Below are positions 48,377 through 56,791 of a DNA stretch of 64,000 nucleotides, in pieces. Source of the DNA: Methanothrix sp. (GTDB lineage: Archaea; Halobacteriota; Methanosarcinia; Methanotrichales; Methanotrichaceae); the NCBI GenBank assembly GCA_963682135.1, contig OY821645.1:416001-480000 (forward strand), written 5' to 3'. Each line of letters begins with the position of its first letter. Within the stretch, counting starts at the first letter, position 1. Position numbers and translations under genes: made by a program. The notes below the pieces were generated by a model. It did not search any database. It was given only the letters and a program-made list of their open reading frames with translations, and had not been told where the DNA came from.

Positions 48377-48922
48377 CTAAATAATGCCCTTCGCCCTCAG
48401 AGCAGACTTCATCTCAGATACATCGCCCTTCAATTCATTAATCTCGCTCTTGTCTAGGACCTTGTCCATCTTATCGTTTAAGCTATGGTTCATATCCTTG
48501 ATCTCGAAAATAGTCTCTTCCTGTTTGCCGAGCATTTGGTCTTGTTTGCCGAGCATTTCTTTTTGCATGCCACAAATTGAAATAAGTAGATCTCTCATGT
48601 CTTTTAATACGCCAATTCCTTCATCCAGGCGAGAATCAGTCTCCCCAGTTCCAACAAGTTTATAGAAACCACCGAATTCACCATAAGGCTGCGAATATAT
48701 TTTTTCGATAGTAGTTACTTGAATAAAGGTATTCTTTATGTCTATAGCACCCTCGAACAATTTCATCTTTCCTTCATCGCCCTCGGCAATGATTCGAACT
48801 CTTCCATCGCTCAAGTTCTCGATTATGCCTTTTAGACCCAAGCCATTGGCTAACTGGATAACCCTGGCCCTATAGCCTACCCTTTGGACTTTGCCTGAGA
48901 CGAATGCTGTGAGCCGCTTCAT
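48377..48922 (-). CDS. Acylphosphatase-domain protein with coiled-coil C-terminus
   Basis: VSGKVQRVGYR, GIIENLSDGRV.I.AEG; C-terminal (MLGKQ)-repeat coil. Confidence 0.85.
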   Translation of the reverse strand: MKRLTAFVSGKVQRVGYRARVIQLANGLGLKGIIENLSDGRVRIIAEGDEGKMKLFEGAIDIKNTFIQVTTIEKIYSQPYGEFGGFYKLVGTGETDSRLDEGIGVLKDMRDLLISICGMQKEMLGKQDQMLGKQEETIFEIKDMNHSLNDKMDKVLDKSEINELKGDVSEMKSALRAKGII

Positions 48923-48983
48923 CTAATACATTTCATCTCTTTTTGTATTTGGCTTTTCCTATCATATTACTCGTTGGCCTTCC

Positions 48984-49087
48984 TGCGCCCCCCCCGCGTG
49001 CTCCCGCGCCCGTGAGCGGCAACGCTGCCGGGCGTTTGGGCCCGCCTGGACACCACCTACAGGCCTGCCAGGCCGGGAGGGCGAGCG
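48984..49087. repeat. GC-rich REP-like hairpin repeat, copy 5
   Basis: Core 49038-49087 GGGCCCGCCTGGACACCACC...GCCAGGCCGGGAGGGCGAGCG. Confidence 0.8.
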
Positions 49088-49273
49088 GCTGCTGACTCAG
49101 CTTGGCTTGCAGGAAGATTGAAGACAATGCAATAACCTTTATCGATTTAGAACCGAAATCTAGTATGGTGAGCTTAGATGAGTGTGACAGTCCGGGCTAA
49201 ATATGTGGATAAGGTCCTTAAGCCCTATCAAGATCTGCATTTAAATGAGGGTGAAGAGGTGCAGATCAAAGTT
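49072..49273 (+). repeat. 202-bp direct duplication of 47350-47551, carrying the promoter and a truncated antitoxin
   Basis: 4 mismatches counted by eye; ATG 49178 gives MSVTVRAKYVDKVLKPYQDLHLNEGEEVQIKVKLLE*. Confidence 0.9.
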
Positions 49274-49429
49274 AAGCTCCTTGAATGAATCATCGAGGAG
49301 CCCCAAATGTTGATGTCGGCTGACCGAAATGATCAGCGACAATTGGAGTTCCTCTCTTATCGGATGCCGGATTGTGTCTGATACCATTCGTTCTTTCCAA
49401 TCAGGCACCCTATTCTCCATTGCAATCTT

Positions 49430-50908
49430 CTATCCCTTGCTTTTTCTGTAAAGGTGCAATTCGCCGAAACCCGCTGGATACAGCGATTGCCCGTTTATAA
49501 AATTGACCGGTATTCGCTCTGCCGTATCGTATGCATCCAGATGAGGATTGCTTGGAGATGGAGAATATGGATCTTTACAGGTTGCTGCGTTGACGTTCTT
49601 GGTCCCTCTGGCATTATCATATCCCGGTATCTTCTGGTCGCCATATCTAAAAGCCAGTTGGCTATGACTGTAATACGGTTTCTCAAGCGAGACCATGGTT
49701 TGGGCAGAGCTCGCATAAACACCGCATGTTATCCTTTTGAACGTTCCGGAATTCGGGATAACCGGTTCGCCGTGCTCATTGTATTCTGTCAGAATAGGGT
49801 CGCATCCATCACAATTGAATATCACCCCGTCAACTCCTGAAGACACAGAAGCATCCAGTATTTGCATTCCCCCGGATGGGATCAGCTGGATAGCCAGCGG
49901 CGGATTGTCTGCGGTTGCACCATTCTCTTTTTTCATACCGACGGTTCGCCGCAATCGTTTAAGTCTATGATCCAGACAAACCTCTACCCCTATTTGCAAA
50001 AGATCATCAATGGATTCAATAATATATGGAACGCTCATCCTGGCAGCCAGCGGCGCAGCCTTCGTGTTCTTGTCGCCTTCGTAGATGCTAATGGATGGAT
50101 AGCCAGCCATCCATTCTGTAATCATTCCGCCATGAGACAGCATACCATCCGCGTCCAGCATTCCCATTGTGAGGTCTACAGTGGACTCATTCTGTTTTTC
50201 ATAGCCGAAACAACGCACTCTTTTCTCGTCCCGCACGAAGAGTGCCCCTCGATTTCTTACTATGCACAGAGGGTTGGCTCTGTAGTGAATCATCAACTCA
50301 TCAATGTGTTTTTCTGTTTCTGAAACAGGACCCCCCATATTCAAGTAGCTGAATGCCTTGATACGCGGACCTAGCGTAAGCGAGTCGAGCCTATTCGTAA
50401 TACCGAGACAGGCTATCTCCTTGTTCAGGGCTTTCAGTCGCTCTTCCACTCTACCCGATGAGAGAAATTCACTGATATTCGGTTCGTTACACGTGAGAAC
50501 CGAGCCGATACAAAACAGCCAAACCTCGTTATTCAACACGGATGATAGCTTAGCAATCTCGTCCTTGAGTTTCGAGCAGATATACTCATAAGGATACTTG
50601 TCGCCAATAGTGACCTCGGGATAAGGCCCCTGTCCACAATGAAAGAAGAACTCAGGAATTACGAACCAATTCCGAGTCGTAGCGGTGTGCGCATGGACGG
50701 ATTCGTCACGCGCCTGGAGAAAGGTTTTCACCAGATAGCCGATTCTCTTATCAATGTCGATTTTGATTTGCTCCGTTGACGTGTCCGCATTGGCCCCCGC
50801 CCACCGCCCCGCGATCCATCGACTGTTTTTCCACAAAGGAGTGACGTCCGACGGCCCAGTGTACAGAGCCCATGCGATATATGTATCATCCGTTACGGTC
50901 ATATTCAT
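49430..50908 (-). CDS. Divergent carbon-nitrogen hydrolase (nitrilase-fold) protein
   Basis: FVIPEFFF (Glu), YEKQNES (Lys) and IGVEVCLDH (Cys) in canonical order. Confidence 0.6.
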   Translation of the reverse strand: MNMTVTDDTYIAWALYTGPSDVTPLWKNSRWIAGRWAGANADTSTEQIKIDIDKRIGYLVKTFLQARDESVHAHTATTRNWFVIPEFFFHCGQGPYPEVTIGDKYPYEYICSKLKDEIAKLSSVLNNEVWLFCIGSVLTCNEPNISEFLSSGRVEERLKALNKEIACLGITNRLDSLTLGPRIKAFSYLNMGGPVSETEKHIDELMIHYRANPLCIVRNRGALFVRDEKRVRCFGYEKQNESTVDLTMGMLDADGMLSHGGMITEWMAGYPSISIYEGDKNTKAAPLAARMSVPYIIESIDDLLQIGVEVCLDHRLKRLRRTVGMKKENGATADNPPLAIQLIPSGGMQILDASVSSGVDGVIFNCDGCDPILTEYNEHGEPVIPNSGTFKRITCGVYASSAQTMVSLEKPYYSHSQLAFRYGDQKIPGYDNARGTKNVNAATCKDPYSPSPSNPHLDAYDTAERIPVNFINGQSLYPAGFGELHLYRKSKG

Positions 50909-51130
50909 CTACATAACGTTTCATTCAAATAAACTATTTAATGTTTTGTCCAGGCAGCCATCCGGCTATAGACCGGGATTCTTGAAAGAAGTGGAAAACA
51001 GGGACTCCTTCCTATTCGCGAAAGAGTTGTTGATGGCGAAGCTGCGCCAATTGAAGTGGGAATGCTTGCAGTGGCTCCCAATATATATCGCAGCAAAACT
51101 AAATTGTTATTATACAAATTGGCATTCAAT

Positions 51131-52465
51131 TCATGTCAGATGCGGTCCGCCCTGAGCGTATTTCGCATCGTCTTGTACCGCCAGCCAATCGAAATCATTG
51201 AAGCTTTGAGGAGTCAGTGCGAAGTAGGTCGGATTTAATTTGCTGGCAGAGCGAACCGGAAGACCCGCGATTTCCGAGGCGATAAGCCCCACGCCTTTGT
51301 GAGTGGGAATGAACCTTCCCGGCCCAGGCATAGCGGTCAGACGTGCTTCAAGAGTGCCTTCTTCCGGCTGGCCAATGCCGTTGGCATCCGAAACTGCAAC
51401 AGCCGTTCCTATGACCGCATAGCTCTGGCCGAAGATCTCATTAAGGTGCGCTCCTGCCGGCCACCAGGCCAGCTTGGCGCTGCCCAGCTGCCACTCTGCT
51501 TTTCCTCGCTTTAGATGGCTGTTGTGAGCAAAGGCCAACACCCTTCCCCGGCTACGCTCTTGGGAGACCACGTACGCCAGGTTATCTGCCATCATGGCGT
51601 CACGCAGGCCCAGACATTCGACAATCCTTTTGCATGGCTCAGATTTTCGCGCCAGAGCGGCGTGATAATTGAGCAACTGCCGCGCGATCCTGGCATACTG
51701 CATGGCTTCTAAATAGCGATTCTCCCCGCTCTTCGCCGCCAGCTCAGGACGGTGCACTTGCAGTTGTGCGATGAGATCCTCTACCTCAATTCGCAAGTCT
51801 GTGGCGGCTGGCGAGAGACCTATCGATTTTTCGGGGTCCATCGTGGCAGCAGGATTCTCCCAGTCAGAGTCCGGGCCGAGAAGAGAATCGATGCGAAGGC
51901 GTTGCTCCTGGACGCAGGCGGCGTCGATCGAGGCAAGGTAATCCAGAACAAAATGCAAAACTTGTCTGGGACTATCGGAAAACATCATCTCGGTGGGACT
52001 GTCGAAACCGTAGAATTGGAGCTTGATGTGATGGGAGGGATTGGCATTATACTCCTTCATCCACTCCACAAGCTCTCGATTGGCATCGAGCTGGCCAAAG
52101 CCGTGACTAAATCCCGCCACCTGCAGGGCGTCGTACGATTCCGGGCCGCGACCGGCCACGTACTCGTTCACGGCGCGCGCCCGCGGGAAACTGCTCTCCA
52201 CGGCAATGGCGCTGTAGCCGTGCTTCTCCACCAGGCGCTGGAAGAGCCTGTTACGAAGCATAAGAATGTCCTCGCCGCCGTGCATTGCTTCTCCCAGGCC
52301 CAGCAGCTTCAGAGAGGGGTCAAGTGAGGCCATGACCCTGTCCACGCAGGCGCAAAAGGATGGGGGCGAATCGAGGGAGAAGGGAAAGGCTTCATGCAAA
52401 ATCCAATCGTCGAGGGTGTCGTAAACCGGGTCGGAGTTTTTCTGGAGAAATAGACTTTCTTTCAT
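51131..52465 (-). CDS. Erythromycin esterase family protein
   Basis: LGLGEAMHG, IAVES, FYGFD, RDAMMADN, AHNSH. Confidence 0.88.
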   Translation of the reverse strand: MKESLFLQKNSDPVYDTLDDWILHEAFPFSLDSPPSFCACVDRVMASLDPSLKLLGLGEAMHGGEDILMLRNRLFQRLVEKHGYSAIAVESSFPRARAVNEYVAGRGPESYDALQVAGFSHGFGQLDANRELVEWMKEYNANPSHHIKLQFYGFDSPTEMMFSDSPRQVLHFVLDYLASIDAACVQEQRLRIDSLLGPDSDWENPAATMDPEKSIGLSPAATDLRIEVEDLIAQLQVHRPELAAKSGENRYLEAMQYARIARQLLNYHAALARKSEPCKRIVECLGLRDAMMADNLAYVVSQERSRGRVLAFAHNSHLKRGKAEWQLGSAKLAWWPAGAHLNEIFGQSYAVIGTAVAVSDANGIGQPEEGTLEARLTAMPGPGRFIPTHKGVGLIASEIAGLPVRSASKLNPTYFALTPQSFNDFDWLAVQDDAKYAQGGPHLT

Positions 52466-52468
52466 TTT

Positions 52469-55400
52469 CTAAATCGCCTCCACCTTGCTATTTCCCAGCT
52501 CGTCCTCCACCACCATGAGTGTGTTATCAAACTGCCCCTGCACGTCGCTGATGTGGCTGATGGCGATGATCTGGGGAAAACGCTCCTCCAGGCTTCTCAG
52601 CATCTGGATCATCTTCTCTCTGTGCTCCTGGTCCTGGCTGCCGAAGACCTCGTCCAGAATTAGGAAGGAGTAACTCTCTCCATCCGGCCCAAAGCGCATC
52701 AGATACTCGCTGATGGCCACCCGCACAGAGACGGCAATCATGTCGATCTCCCCGCCCGAGTAACGGGAGATGGGATACCATTCGCCCCCGTCCTCGACCT
52801 GTATGTTGAAGTCATCATCGATCTTGATCAGGCTGTACTTGCCGGATACCTCTTCCAGGATCTCTCCGGCGGATCGGGCAATGTCGTTCTTGACCCGGAT
52901 CAGGACCTGGTCCATGAAGCTGTTAACCAGGCTTCGAGTCACCTCCACTACCTCCATCCTCCGGCCTACCAGGGCAGCCTTCTTTTCCAGCTCTTTTTTC
53001 CTCTGCGCTTCCTGCACAAGCCTCTCCCGGGCAGCCAGGAGTACACCCATCTGCACCTGCCGCTCGGAAACCACCTTGCGGGCCGCTTCCAGCTCGCCTT
53101 CGGCGCTTGCCAGCATGGCTTTTGTCTTTTCATGCTCCTCTGAGCTGTAAGCCAGGGCAGACAGATTCTGCCTGCACTCCATGAGATCCAAATTGAGCTT
53201 TTGCCGGGCTGCCTGGGCCGCCGCCAGCCTCTCTCGCGCAGGGGTCTCGCCTGCCATGGTGAGGCAAATGGTCTGCGCCTCTTTCTCCGCTGCTCCCAGC
53301 TCTTTCTTCTCCTTGGAGAGGACCTCAAATTCCTGCGGATCATAGCCCAGGTCTCTTTGCGAGATATGCAGATCTTGCAATGCCAAATCGAGCCTCTCAA
53401 TCTCCTGCTCTTGCCTTCTTATCCGATCCTTAAGGCCGGGAATTTGTGTCACCCTCTCCGAGAGAGAAAGGAAGCGATCGTGCAGCGGCTTGAGAGATGC
53501 CTCGCGCTTTCTGGCTTCCAGGTACTCGGATTCAGCATAGCCCAGGGCCTGTATCTCCTCAGCAAGCTGCCCCTGCCGCTTTGCAATGGATGGCAGCTCC
53601 TTCTCTCGCGCCTCTATCTCGCTTTCCAGTCCCGGCAGATCCTCCAGCCGCCGGGATAGAGCCGCATGCTCCATGACCAACAGGGTGATGGCCTTCAGGG
53701 CCTTTTCCACCCCGGCAAGCTTTCCGGCATCAAAGCTGACCCTTCCCAGCATTTCTATCTTCGATGTGAGATCCCTGATCTCGGATTGCAGCTCCTGCAT
53801 CTGCATGGCCAGGCCCCTCAGTTCCGCTTGCAATGCCGAGCGCCGGCTCTTTTGGGCATTGATCTCATCAAAAGCCGCTCGCAAATTGCTCCTCGACCTG
53901 GTGGCACCCTCAATCTTCTCTGTCTGAGAGGCAATCCCGGCGGCGAGCTTCTCCTTCTCTGCTTTCGCAATTGTAGCAGTCTCTTCATACTTCTTAATGA
54001 GCAGGTCGCGCTGGCCCTCCAGCGGCCTCTCGCAAGTGGGGCAGAGCCCTTCTGCTCCCAGAGCCATGACCTTTTTTATGGATCGCTGCGCATCTGTCTG
54101 GGCAAGCTCCTGCGCCCTGTAGCTTCCCCTCAATTCTGCCAGGACGAGGGTTAGCTCGCTGACGAGCTGATCCAGATCCTTATCCTGGCGGCGTAGCGCT
54201 GCCTCCCTCTCTTCAATGCTTTGCAGGCTCTCCATCTCAGCACGCGCTGCTGCCGCCTCTCCTTTCAGCCTGGCCAGCCGTTCATCCAGAACCTTCCTTC
54301 GTGCCAACAGCCCGTCCAGCTCTTTTTGCAGATCTCTTTGCCGAACAATCTCTGCCAGCTCGATTTTGATCTTCTTTTCGTCCTCAGGGCAGGATGCAAT
54401 CTCCTTTAACCTGGACTGAGAGATGTGCAGCTCATCAATCATTTTTTTCGTGCGGGAGAGGCTGGCTGCAGTTGCTTGCTCTCTGATTGCGTCCTCCTTC
54501 TGCCGAGCCTGCATCTCGTTATGCCTATCCCGGAGGGTCTCCAGAGCGAGAAGCTGGACCTGCAACTTTGTATGCTCCTCCTCTTTGGGCTGCAGTTCCT
54601 CCAGCATTTTTGCGCCTCTGTCCAGCTCCAGAAGGCTTCTTTGGCTTTCAGCAAAAGCTTTTTTTTCGCCCTGGATAGCGGCCTCCTGGGCAGCTATGCG
54701 CCGCGCGGTCTCTTCATAGACTGCTCTTCGAGGCTGCAAGATTTCCAGCCGATCCCTGATGCCGGCCAGCCTATCCAGCCTGCACTGAAGATCGGATAGC
54801 CTCTTTTTGCAGGCGTCGATCTCCAAGAGCCGCAACTCTTCCGCTTTTACGGTATCTTTCAGCTCCCGGTCTGCCGCCTCCAGACCCTTTGCCTGCTCTG
54901 CAAAAAGGCCATGGCAGTGCATCTTCTCAGCCATAGCCTCCAATTCCAGCCGTCTCCTCTCCGCGACTTCCAAAAAGCCCGCCCTGCTCCTCTCTGCATC
55001 TTGCAGGCCTTTTTCCCCGGTTAGAATCTGCAAAGAGGCATTCTCCAGCCGGATCTCTACATCTGCGGTCTCTGCCAATGCTCCCGCCAGCCAGCTCTTC
55101 TTCTCCTCCAGGGAATCACGATCGGCTTTGATCTGCATTATGGCATTTTCCTTGATATCCTCCAGGCCCAGGAGCTTGAGCAGATATTCCCTCTTGCCCA
55201 TCCCGCCCTCTTTGAGCAGATTGTCCAGGTCCTTTTGCCGGGCGTAGAAGGTCTTCATAAAGTCCTGATAGCTGATATTCAGGATCTCCTCAAGCCTTGC
55301 ATCCACCTCTTTGCTTCCTGTGGCAGTCCTTTGCCCATCCAGCTCCAGAAAGGCCTCTGCCATCAAGCCCTTTCCTTTCATGGCCCGGTAGATGACCAAC

Positions 55401-55648
55401 TCCTGCTTGCCCAAGGAGAGTGTCAGGCGGGTCTCCACAGAATCGGATTCTCTGGCCCGGGCATTGCGAATGAAGTCTCTCTTGATGCTTGAAGCCCGGT
55501 TGCCGTAAAGAGCCCAGGCAATGGCTTCCACTATGGTGCTCTTGCCGGCTCCATTGCTGCCCACGATACCGGTAAGCCCATCGGAAAACTCGATCTGTGC
55601 GTGGCGGAATTTTTTGAAGTTTTTCATGACCAGCTGATTAAGATGCAT
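52469..55648 (-). CDS. rad50: DNA double-strand break repair ATPase Rad50
   Basis: GSNGAGKST, zinc hook CPTC, long coiled coil, YSGGE, LILDEVFGSQD, ISH; ATG 55648. Confidence 0.93.
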   Translation of the reverse strand: MHLNQLVMKNFKKFRHAQIEFSDGLTGIVGSNGAGKSTIVEAIAWALYGNRASSIKRDFIRNARARESDSVETRLTLSLGKQELVIYRAMKGKGLMAEAFLELDGQRTATGSKEVDARLEEILNISYQDFMKTFYARQKDLDNLLKEGGMGKREYLLKLLGLEDIKENAIMQIKADRDSLEEKKSWLAGALAETADVEIRLENASLQILTGEKGLQDAERSRAGFLEVAERRRLELEAMAEKMHCHGLFAEQAKGLEAADRELKDTVKAEELRLLEIDACKKRLSDLQCRLDRLAGIRDRLEILQPRRAVYEETARRIAAQEAAIQGEKKAFAESQRSLLELDRGAKMLEELQPKEEEHTKLQVQLLALETLRDRHNEMQARQKEDAIREQATAASLSRTKKMIDELHISQSRLKEIASCPEDEKKIKIELAEIVRQRDLQKELDGLLARRKVLDERLARLKGEAAAARAEMESLQSIEEREAALRRQDKDLDQLVSELTLVLAELRGSYRAQELAQTDAQRSIKKVMALGAEGLCPTCERPLEGQRDLLIKKYEETATIAKAEKEKLAAGIASQTEKIEGATRSRSNLRAAFDEINAQKSRRSALQAELRGLAMQMQELQSEIRDLTSKIEMLGRVSFDAGKLAGVEKALKAITLLVMEHAALSRRLEDLPGLESEIEAREKELPSIAKRQGQLAEEIQALGYAESEYLEARKREASLKPLHDRFLSLSERVTQIPGLKDRIRRQEQEIERLDLALQDLHISQRDLGYDPQEFEVLSKEKKELGAAEKEAQTICLTMAGETPARERLAAAQAARQKLNLDLMECRQNLSALAYSSEEHEKTKAMLASAEGELEAARKVVSERQVQMGVLLAARERLVQEAQRKKELEKKAALVGRRMEVVEVTRSLVNSFMDQVLIRVKNDIARSAGEILEEVSGKYSLIKIDDDFNIQVEDGGEWYPISRYSGGEIDMIAVSVRVAISEYLMRFGPDGESYSFLILDEVFGSQDQEHREKMIQMLRSLEERFPQIIAISHISDVQGQFDNTLMVVEDELGNSKVEAI

Positions 55649-56780
55649 CCAATGCCTCTCTATGCCTGGCAAGTACTGCCCTCTTCATAATCTCCGATCC
55701 GTAGGATACAACCTCATCCTTAATCCTTCCAGGTATCAGCTCTCGTGATGAGTCTTCTGTCAGGTAGCCGGAAAACTCCTCGTGCAGCGTCCGCCGGTCT
55801 ACGGGCCGTTCAAAATGCTCCTCAACATCAGCAAACTCCGTGCGGATCTTGAAGTAAAGGGCAGAGGCACCCAGCCTGTTCAATCTTGTCTGGTCTATGC
55901 TCCTGTAGGCTGCGCGGCTCACGTTCTTGAGAGTGATGCGCACCATTTCATCTCTGATTTCATCCTCAGGACATAACGCCAGCAGGCATTGTGCTATCTC
56001 CTCCGATCGCATGCCTCTGCAATCTATTGCCGGGTGGTCGATCATATACCTGGGCTTTACCGGAACACTCTCTGCTTCTCCGCTCTCCAGGTCCACCAGC
56101 AGCATTCCTTTCTCGTCCTGGGCCTCGCCGAAGTTGAAGTACTCCAGCGAGCCGCTGTACCAGGCGTTCTGGGAGAGCTGCGCCTGTCCATGAAAGTGGC
56201 CCAGAGCAATATAATCAAAATCGCTCTTGAGGAAGCTGTCCTTCAGCTCATGCTCCCCCACGCTCCTCATCTTTCGATTCTGGAGCGACTCAACCAGGCC
56301 GTGCATGACCAGCACATCTCTTCCCGAGCGTTCTATCTTCTCATATTCGGTCAGGTAGTCTTGCGGCTCCAGGCAGAAGGGAATGCAATGGAAATAGTGG
56401 TCTCCCACTTCAATTCGTTCATACTTGTACCGCTGAGCGATATGCACGCCCCGCAGATCCTCAAAGAGACGGAAGGGACTGGTGGATGAGAAGCTCTTAG
56501 GGGCATCGTGATTGCCACTGATTATGATAACAGGTATGTCCTCCTTCATGAGCCGCATGAGGCCCCTCTGGAAGACCACCAGGGGCTTGATCTTGGGGCG
56601 AACATGATGAAAGACATCGCCGGCATGAACAACCGCATCCGGTCGCAGATCTATTATCTTCTCGACGGCCTGCTCAAATCCGGAATATACCGTCTCTTCT
56701 ACGCGATTTCTGCCGTGCTCATCCAGGCGGCTGTAGCTGGAAAAGCCCAGGTGCGAATCAGCCAGGTGAATTATCTTCAT
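55638..56780 (-). CDS. mre11: DNA repair nuclease Mre11
   Basis: LADSHLG, AGDVF, GNHD, HG and ALGHFH phosphoesterase motifs. Confidence 0.93.
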   Translation of the reverse strand: MKIIHLADSHLGFSSYSRLDEHGRNRVEETVYSGFEQAVEKIIDLRPDAVVHAGDVFHHVRPKIKPLVVFQRGLMRLMKEDIPVIIISGNHDAPKSFSSTSPFRLFEDLRGVHIAQRYKYERIEVGDHYFHCIPFCLEPQDYLTEYEKIERSGRDVLVMHGLVESLQNRKMRSVGEHELKDSFLKSDFDYIALGHFHGQAQLSQNAWYSGSLEYFNFGEAQDEKGMLLVDLESGEAESVPVKPRYMIDHPAIDCRGMRSEEIAQCLLALCPEDEIRDEMVRITLKNVSRAAYRSIDQTRLNRLGASALYFKIRTEFADVEEHFERPVDRRTLHEEFSGYLTEDSSRELIPGRIKDEVVSYGSEIMKRAVLARHREALDAS

Positions 56781-56791
56781 GCGCTTTCATC

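Noticed and set aside
46067-49087. CRISPR array or classical integron attC array
   Set aside because: Spacing is irregular (430-950 bp), the repeats are degenerate and lack consistent RYYYAAC/GTTRRRY ends, cassette genes face both ways, and no cas or intI gene is in the window
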